Part shown: piece by piece, positions 58,142 through 64,000 of the stretch
Layout: each line of letters opens with the position of its first letter
How positions within the stretch are numbered: the stretch's first letter is position 1
NCBI GenBank assembly: GCA_964592525.1
Contig: CAZQFB010000001.1
Coordinates: 212,413 to 276,412 of the forward strand
Origin: an uncultured Candidatus Saccharibacteria bacterium
GTDB lineage: Bacteria; Patescibacteriota; WWE3; CAZQFB01
Reading direction: 5' to 3'
DNA: 64,000 nt
The notes under the pieces: generated by a model
Database searches by the model: none
What the model was told of the DNA's origin: nothing
Seen by the model: the letters and a program-made list of their open reading frames with translations, nothing else
Program-made: the position numbers and the translations under genes

Positions 58142-58329
58142 TAATCACCCCAAAAACAAATATAAAACACGGTATTTTAACCACTTACTCTTGCTCCTTC
58201 TACTTTGCATCTGCAAACTAAAGTATTGAGTAAATCCAACCTTATTTTGAGTCACTTACCCTTTGTTTATCCTGCGCTAAATCTTGGTAGAGCAGGTACT
58301 GCGGAGGCTAATTAACTTGCATTACTATA

Positions 58330-58359
58330 TTGACACCACCATATAGTTAAAGGTAGTAT
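58330..58359 (+). promoter_or_regulatory. sigma70-like promoter of the mraZ/dcw operon (TTGACA-18-TAGTAT)
   Basis: TTGACA at 58330-58335 and TAGTAT at 58354-58359, upstream of mraZ. Confidence 0.5.
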
Positions 58360-58384
58360 GGTGATTAGTGGTGAATTATGGTGA
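58359..58384 (+). promoter_or_regulatory. three direct TGGTGA repeats at 10 bp periodicity (candidate MraZ operator)
   Basis: TGGTGA occurs at 58359-58364, 58369-58374 and 58379-58384, immediately downstream of the -10 element. Confidence 0.45.
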
Positions 58385-58917
58385 TTTACCACCCTGTCCT
58401 GCCCAACCTTTTTATTTGGACAGGAGTATGCACTTTAATAACCTGTCCGCCAAAACACCATCCTATGCTTATTGGGGAATATACTAGTCAAATTACCTCT
58501 GGAAACAGAACTGCCCTGCCCAAAAAGCTAAGAAGTGAACTTGGTAACTCAATTCTGCTTACGCGTGGCTATGAAAAATCTTTGCTGATTCTTTCTACGC
58601 TGGCTTGGCGGGAGCTAATCAGTAGTACGGCACGTGGTCCCTTTACCTCGCAAGCAGTTCGTGATACCGCTCGGTTTTTACTAGGTGGGGCGCATGAGGT
58701 CAGTCTTGATGGGCAAGGGCGCTTTGTCGTACCACCAGCCTTAGTTGAGTATGCTCAATTGCACAATGAAGTAATCTTTTTGGGTTTGGAGCGTTGGGTA
58801 GAATTATGGGATAAACAGCAGTGGCGCGAACGAGAAAAATATCTGGTTAAACATAGTGCGGTGATTGGGGAAGTGCTAACTAAGCTACAAGGAGATAATG
58901 AACAACCCGAATTTTAA
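58378..58917 (+). CDS. mraZ: transcriptional regulator MraZ
   Basis: The tandem MraZ halves are GEYTSQITSGNRTALPKKLRSEL and LDGQGRFVVPPALVEYAQL. The true start is probably the internal Met near 58465, since the ORF's 5' end overlaps the operator repeats. Confidence 0.7.
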   Translation: MVIYHPVLPNLFIWTGVCTLITCPPKHHPMLIGEYTSQITSGNRTALPKKLRSELGNSILLTRGYEKSLLILSTLAWRELISSTARGPFTSQAVRDTARFLLGGAHEVSLDGQGRFVVPPALVEYAQLHNEVIFLGLERWVELWDKQQWREREKYLVKHSAVIGEVLTKLQGDNEQPEF

Positions 58918-59767
58918 ACACACGAGTGTTATGGCTCAAGAAGCAATAGAGTATCTAAATGTTCAGCCAGGTTGTTGGTATGTTGATGCTACTTTAGGAG
59001 GGGGAGGTCATGCCCAGAAGATTCTTGCCTTGGGAGGAAAAGTGCTCGGTTTGGATCAAGACCCCAATGCTTGTGCGTATGTGGCTTCATTAACTTTAAA
59101 AAATCTTAGCGTGAAGCAAGCTAATTTTAGGGAGCTGGAGAGAGTGGTTGCGGAGGAAGGGCTTGATCAGGTGATGGGAGTGCTTTTTGACTTGGGTATG
59201 AGTAGCTATCAATTGGAGCAATCGGGTTTGGGTTTTTCCTTTCAAAAAGATGAACCTTTAGATATGCGTATGGCTCCTACCATGGGAGTTACCGCTGCCG
59301 ATTTAGTTAATGGTTTAACGAAAAAAGAACTTAGTGAATTATTTAGTAAATATGGGGAAGAAAAGTTGGCTCGTTTGTATAGCGCGGCTATTGTTGAAGC
59401 CCGTTTAAAAAAACCGATAATGACTACTGCCGAATTAGTCACGATTTTAAAGAGTGTTTCAAGGTTTAGATTTTCGGGCTCTAAACATCCGGCGACTAGG
59501 GTTTTTCAAGCCTTACGCATAGCCGTCAATGATGAAATTAATGCCCTTAACCAAGGCTTAGCTGCGACCTTTCAGGTTTTGGCTGTGGGGGGTAGGTTAG
59601 TGGTGATTTCGTTTCATTCACTGGAGGATCGGGTGGTTAAAAACCTGCGCCAGGACAATCGCTGGCAGGAGCTTTCCGGGGTGATAACACCGACGGTTGA
59701 GGAAAGTAAAGCTAATCGTCGCTCGTCAAGTGCAAAATTAAGAGCTTATGAAAAAAGAAGTAACTAA
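58898..59767 (+). CDS. rsmH: 16S rRNA (cytosine1402-N4)-methyltransferase RsmH (MraW)
   Basis: HTSVMAQEAIEYL...YVDATLGGGGHAQKIL...FDLGMSSYQLE matches the RsmH signature. Confidence 0.85.
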   Translation: MNNPNFKHTSVMAQEAIEYLNVQPGCWYVDATLGGGGHAQKILALGGKVLGLDQDPNACAYVASLTLKNLSVKQANFRELERVVAEEGLDQVMGVLFDLGMSSYQLEQSGLGFSFQKDEPLDMRMAPTMGVTAADLVNGLTKKELSELFSKYGEEKLARLYSAAIVEARLKKPIMTTAELVTILKSVSRFRFSGSKHPATRVFQALRIAVNDEINALNQGLAATFQVLAVGGRLVVISFHSLEDRVVKNLRQDNRWQELSGVITPTVEESKANRRSSSAKLRAYEKRSN

Positions 59768-60107
59768 TCATAATTTTAGGGGAAACCCGCAGGCTGATAA
59801 TAGGTTAACTAAGCTATCAAAATACCGTCGTCTTTTGGTATTAATGGTGATGTTTATTGGGGTATTGGGTTCTTTCTTTATCCAATTGGTATTTGCCAAT
59901 GGTTTAGCGACTAGAAGTGGGGAAATTAATAGTTTAGAGCGGGAAAAGAGTGCTTTGCATAAGGAGCTTGCCTTGCTTAATGAGGAGCGAAATCAGTTGT
60001 GTGCTGTGGACAGAATCATCAAACTGGCGACGGAAGAGCTGGGTCTTTCTTACCAGACCTCTCAATTTGAGTATCTCACTAATAAAGAATACGCTTATGA
60101 AGAATGA
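59748..60107 (+). CDS. ftsL: FtsL-like cell division protein (small bitopic, coiled coil)
   Basis: A 119 aa protein with a single TM segment (LVLMVMFIGVLGSFFIQLVF) followed by a coiled-coil (LEREKSALHKELALLNEERNQL). It sits between rsmH and ftsI. Confidence 0.45.
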   Translation: MKKEVTNHNFRGNPQADNRLTKLSKYRRLLVLMVMFIGVLGSFFIQLVFANGLATRSGEINSLEREKSALHKELALLNEERNQLCAVDRIIKLATEELGLSYQTSQFEYLTNKEYAYEE

Positions 60108-61930
60108 AGCATTTCTTAGTTGGTACTGATCGAATTAGTGTCCTGCTCTTTTTTGCTCTTATCTACTCGTCTTTGCTAATTTTAGGTTTATTTAATATTC
60201 AAGTTGTACAGGGAGAAAAATATGCCGTTGCTGCCGATAGACAGCATTGGGCTGGCTCAACAGTGTTGGCGAAGCGGGGAGAAATTTACTCCCGAGATGG
60301 TTACGTGTTAGCGACTAATAAAATATCTTATGAATTATATGCCGAACCGCTAAAAATTGTTTCTCCAATTGAAACAGCTGAAAAGATAATTAGTATTTTA
60401 GGTTTGGAGAAAACAGCCGAAACAGTTAATTTTGATGAGCACCAGTCAGAGAGGACTCCTTCCGAAAAGGAAGCTGTGGTTTTGGGTCACTTGACGGAGG
60501 TGTTGTCAACCAAACTGGATTGGGTTTCTTTATATCACCGAATTACTGAAGAACAACAGCTAACTTTTAAGCAGCAGCAAATTGATGGTTTGGGTTTTAG
60601 AGAAGAGACACATCGGTATTACCCCGAGGGATCATTAGCTGCGCATGTTTTGGGTTTTGTGGGTTCTGATTATCGGGGTGGGACGCAAGGTTATTATGGG
60701 ATTGAAGGTTATTACGATGGTGATTTAAGGGGTGCAGATGGCGAAATTTATCAGGAACAAACTGCTCGCGGCGAGCCTCTTTTAGTTGGTGGCTATCGCA
60801 GAGTGCCTGCTGTGGATGGGCGGGAATTACATCTTACGCTAGACAGGACGATCCAAGCTATCATTGAAAAGCATCTGCAAGCCGGTGTCGAACATTACGA
60901 TGCTTTGTCTGGTTCGGTGGTGGTGTTGGATCCCCAAACAGGGGCGCTTTTAGCCTTAGCTAATTACCCAGCCTTTGATCCTAACAATCCCTTTTTGGAA
61001 GAGAAAAAGCAGTTGGTATCTCCTCAAGAGGAGGATGTTGCGGTTTTGACCATTGAACCTAAAAGACCTAGCCAAGAAAGACGTAATCTGGCCATCGCCG
61101 CTACTTACGAGCCTGGTTCTATTATTAAGCCTTTCACTGTGGCAGCGGCTTTAGCGCTGCAAAAAGTGACACCCACGACTACAGTTTATGATAATGGTAA
61201 GATTTTTACCGCTGGGTACGAAATAGATAACTGGGATGGGGTTCATCACGGCGAAATCAGTGTGGTAGATATCTTAATCCTTTCTGATAATGTCGGTTCC
61301 GCCCAGATAGGCAAAATGGTTGGGGCAGTGTCATTATATGACTATTTTAGTAACTTTGGCTTAGGTACGATTACGGGTGTTGATCTTGAAGGTGAAGATA
61401 CCGGTTTGTTAAAAGACCCTTCGGTGTGGCGTGAACTTGATCTTATGACGGCGGCATTTGGTCAGGGTTTTTCGGCTACGCCCTTACAGCTGACTACTGC
61501 CTTTGGTGTATTTGCCAATCGTGGTGTATTAATGAAACCGTATGTAGTGGAGTCGGTGGTGGAGAGTGGTCTGGCGACGGAGTTTCCACCAGAAGAAATT
61601 ACGCGAGTACTCCCCGAAGAAATTGCGTTAACAGTGCAGGATATGTTGGTAAAAGCGGCCGAGGCGGGGGAGGCTAAGTTTTATAACATTCGTAATTACA
61701 CGATTGCGGGTAAAACCGGTACAGCGCAAATAGCCGAGGCTGGTAAATACCTTAAAGATAAAACTAATGCTTCTTTTGTCGGTTACTTGCCTAAGGAGCC
61801 GAAGTTTGTGCTTTTGGTTAAATTAGAAAAACCAACAGCTAGTGTTTATGCTGCTGAAACAGCAGTACCTTTGTGGATGGATATTACTAAGGATTTAATT
61901 ATTTATTTTGGCATTAGACCCGATAAATAA
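60104..61930 (+). CDS. ftsI: penicillin-binding protein 2 / FtsI-type class B transpeptidase
   Basis: The SxxK (SIIKPF), SxN (SDNVGS) and KTG (KTGTA) motifs are present, with an N-terminal TM segment. Confidence 0.8.
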   Translation: MKHFLVGTDRISVLLFFALIYSSLLILGLFNIQVVQGEKYAVAADRQHWAGSTVLAKRGEIYSRDGYVLATNKISYELYAEPLKIVSPIETAEKIISILGLEKTAETVNFDEHQSERTPSEKEAVVLGHLTEVLSTKLDWVSLYHRITEEQQLTFKQQQIDGLGFREETHRYYPEGSLAAHVLGFVGSDYRGGTQGYYGIEGYYDGDLRGADGEIYQEQTARGEPLLVGGYRRVPAVDGRELHLTLDRTIQAIIEKHLQAGVEHYDALSGSVVVLDPQTGALLALANYPAFDPNNPFLEEKKQLVSPQEEDVAVLTIEPKRPSQERRNLAIAATYEPGSIIKPFTVAAALALQKVTPTTTVYDNGKIFTAGYEIDNWDGVHHGEISVVDILILSDNVGSAQIGKMVGAVSLYDYFSNFGLGTITGVDLEGEDTGLLKDPSVWRELDLMTAAFGQGFSATPLQLTTAFGVFANRGVLMKPYVVESVVESGLATEFPPEEITRVLPEEIALTVQDMLVKAAEAGEAKFYNIRNYTIAGKTGTAQIAEAGKYLKDKTNASFVGYLPKEPKFVLLVKLEKPTASVYAAETAVPLWMDITKDLIIYFGIRPDK

Positions 61931-61995
61931 ATTTAGTGGCGTGATAATATCTTTTTATGAAGAAGTATTTCCAGCATATTGTCAATTGAGCTATC

Positions 61996-63237
61996 TTGGC
62001 CATGTCACAAATATTTAAGCGTATTTATCATAGGTTCATAGCGGTTTTGGCGACGGTCCGCTTTGGTTTTCCCGCGCGAAAATTAAAGTTGATTGGCGTT
62101 ACTGGTACTGATGGTAAAACTACTACTGCCCATTTAATTTATTTATTACTTTCTGCTGCGGGTAAAAAGGTGGGTCTTGTGACTACGGTTGATGCTCGTA
62201 TTGGTGGTCAGATCTATGATACTGGTTTTCATACTACCTCACCAGATGCTTGGCACTTACAGAAGTATCTGCACCAAATGGTAGAGGCGGGTGAAGAATA
62301 TGCTGTGTTGGAAACGACTTCTCATGGTCTAGCTCAAGATCGCTTTTGGGGGTTATCTTTTGCTGTGGGAGTGGTTACTAATTTGACCCACGAGCATTTA
62401 GATTACCACGGTTCGATAGCTAATTATCGAAAAGCGAAAGCTATTTTGTTTAGAAACTCAAAAGTGGCAGTCTTAAATGCTGATGATGAGTCGGTTGATT
62501 ATTTTAAAAGCGTGACTAAGGGTAAAGTGTTAACTTATGCGCTAAAAAACATAGCCGAGATTACTCCTCAAGCAGTCACTTATGATCAGGCAGGGCAAGA
62601 GCTTAAGATCGGCGATCAGTTATGGCGGGTACCTTTATATGGTGTATACAACACTTATAATTTATTAGCTGCTTGGGGAGTGGCGAATCTAGTAGGGGTT
62701 ACTAGTCAGGTTGCTCAAGAAGCTTTAAATAATTACCAGCCTTTGCCGGGTAGGTTTGAGCTAATTGATGAGGGGCAGGATTATCAAGTAGTGGTTGATT
62801 TTGCGCATACGCCAAATGCCTTAGAAAAATTATTATCATTAGCGCGTTCTCTGGTTAAGGATAAAAGAATTGTTGTTGTTTTTGGGTGTGCGGGTTTGAG
62901 AGATACCGAAAAACGTCCTCTGATGGGGCGAATAGCGGTTACCTTAGCTGATTTAAGTGTTTTTACCTCGGAGGACCCACGTACCGAAGATGAAGATACT
63001 ATTATCAGCGAAATAGTCAGTGGAGCTGTTGCGGTTGGTGGTGTGGAGGGGGTCCATTTTTTTCGCAAACCGGATAGAGGAGAGGCGATTGCCTTTGCCA
63101 TTCAGGAGTTAATGATGACTGGTGATATGCTTATAGTAACCGGTAAAGGTCATGAACACACTATGTGTTATGGTTCTCAAGAGGTGCCTTGGAGCGACCA
63201 AGAGTTTATTAGGCAAACTTTACGTAGCGCCCAATGA
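61996..63237 (+). CDS. murE: Mur ligase, probably UDP-MurNAc-L-Ala-D-Glu:2,6-diaminopimelate (or L-Lys) ligase MurE, short form
   Basis: GVTGTDGKTTT (P-loop), ETTSHGL and NLTHEHLDYHGS motifs are present. It occupies the murE position after ftsI. The 413 aa length means it lacks most of the usual N-terminal domain. Confidence 0.7.
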   Translation: MAMSQIFKRIYHRFIAVLATVRFGFPARKLKLIGVTGTDGKTTTAHLIYLLLSAAGKKVGLVTTVDARIGGQIYDTGFHTTSPDAWHLQKYLHQMVEAGEEYAVLETTSHGLAQDRFWGLSFAVGVVTNLTHEHLDYHGSIANYRKAKAILFRNSKVAVLNADDESVDYFKSVTKGKVLTYALKNIAEITPQAVTYDQAGQELKIGDQLWRVPLYGVYNTYNLLAAWGVANLVGVTSQVAQEALNNYQPLPGRFELIDEGQDYQVVVDFAHTPNALEKLLSLARSLVKDKRIVVVFGCAGLRDTEKRPLMGRIAVTLADLSVFTSEDPRTEDEDTIISEIVSGAVAVGGVEGVHFFRKPDRGEAIAFAIQELMMTGDMLIVTGKGHEHTMCYGSQEVPWSDQEFIRQTLRSAQ

Positions 63238-64000
63238 AGAAAAAAGCATATATCATTGGTATTGCCGGTAAAGCGACTGCTTCTCTAGCGGAGATGTTTA
63301 TTAAAATGGGTTGGGAAGTAGAAGGTTCAGATCAAGGTTGTTACCCCCCCGCCAGCACCTTTTTGGATACTTTGGGAGTTAAGTACCACATCCCATACTC
63401 CGCCGATAATTTGAAAGCAGAGCCCGATTTGGTTGTGGTTGGTGGTAATGCTTTAATTGTTGATAAAAACAACCCAGAATTCTTTAAAGCCAAAGAGCTG
63501 GGTCTTAAGGTGGTAGGTTTCCCAGAGGTTCTGCGGGAGTTTGTAGTAAAAAAGAACTCTATTGTGTCTGTCGGCAACTACGGAAAAACCAGTACTGTTG
63601 GGATTCTTTCTTGGGTTCTTTACCAGAACGGGTTTGATCCCAGCTTCATGATCGGGGCTATTCCCTTAAACTTCAACTCGGGTATTCGTATCTCTGCTGG
63701 TAACTGGAGTGTGCTTGAAGGAGATGAACATCCTACTATTGGGTATAGTCCCAAACCAAAATTTTATTGGTACGACCCCACCATTCTCCTTTTTACCTCG
63801 GCGCAATGGGATCATATCAATGTTTATCCGACCGAAGAAGCTTATGTTCAAGTCTATAAAGAGCAAGTGAAAACGATGCCGAAAGATGGGGTTATTGTTG
63901 CTTGTCTTGATGGACAGCATGTTTCAGAGGTTATTAAAGAAGCCAGTTGTGAGGTGGTTACTTATTCGGTTCATGATACCAGCGCGGACTATTATGTAGA
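63234..64000 (+). CDS. Mur ligase family protein, partial (MurC/Mpl-like N-terminus), runs off window end
   Basis: The ATG at 63234 overlaps the murE stop (ATGA). The N-terminal domain is KKAYIIGIAGKATASLAEMF...EGSD, followed by the central P-loop SVGNYGKTST. The frame remains open to position 64000. Confidence 0.5.
   Translation, partial: MKKKAYIIGIAGKATASLAEMFIKMGWEVEGSDQGCYPPASTFLDTLGVKYHIPYSADNLKAEPDLVVVGGNALIVDKNNPEFFKAKELGLKVVGFPEVLREFVVKKNSIVSVGNYGKTSTVGILSWVLYQNGFDPSFMIGAIPLNFNSGIRISAGNWSVLEGDEHPTIGYSPKPKFYWYDPTILLFTSAQWDHINVYPTEEAYVQVYKEQVKTMPKDGVIVACLDGQHVSEVIKEASCEVVTYSVHDTSADYYV

Noticed and set aside
1-64000. CRISPR arrays, tRNA genes, rRNA genes, transposase/IS elements
   Set aside because: I found no regularly spaced short direct repeats, no tRNA-like cloverleaf or CCA-adjacent sequences, no 16S/23S hallmark sequences and no transposase motifs. 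The only recombinase is the tyrosine recombinase at 55885.

Overview
This 64 kb window looks like a small-genome bacterium, possibly Patescibacteria/CPR-like. That is an inference from the near absence of Shine-Dalgarno sequences, compact overlapping genes and about 40-45% GC. Two parts are ordinary. The far right is a conserved division/cell-wall block: mraZ, rsmH, ftsL-like, ftsI and murE, followed by the start of another Mur ligase, preceded by glyQS and recO. The far left holds a B12/radical-SAM gene plus a ferredoxin. The remaining ~50 kb (about 2.1 to 53.4 kb) is one very large cell-envelope glycosylation island. It contains at least 12 polytopic GT-C membrane proteins of the PMT/ArnT (GT39/83-like) type, several as tandem paralogs and one fused to an O-antigen-ligase (Wzy_C) domain. 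It also contains a DUF2029/GT87-like and a DUF2079-like membrane protein, 5 GT2 enzymes of the DPM-synthase/ArnC/GtrB type (polyprenol-phosphate sugar synthases), and 10 GT4 glycosyltransferases. A PglC/WbaP-type initiating sugar-phosphate transferase, a MurJ/MOP flippase, a UPF0104 flippase-like protein, a small SMR/EamA-like 4-TM protein, an FAD oxidoreductase, a HIT-like protein, a C39-like peptidase and an L,D-transpeptidase complete the island. Three further features are unusual. There is a ~0.95 kb GC-rich foreign-looking ORF at 9.4-10.4 kb. There is a promoter-driven, terminator-capped, highly structured ~190 nt RNA element at 15.38-15.57 kb directly upstream of the first PMT-like gene. 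There is an AT-rich two-gene islet (MBL-fold hydrolase and CPT-like P-loop kinase) at 54.2-56.7 kb, bracketed by degenerate direct and inverted repeats and abutting a divergently oriented tyrosine recombinase, which is integron- or cassette-like. I found no rRNA, tRNA or CRISPR array. All family assignments come from motif recognition by eye in the supplied translations. No database search was run.
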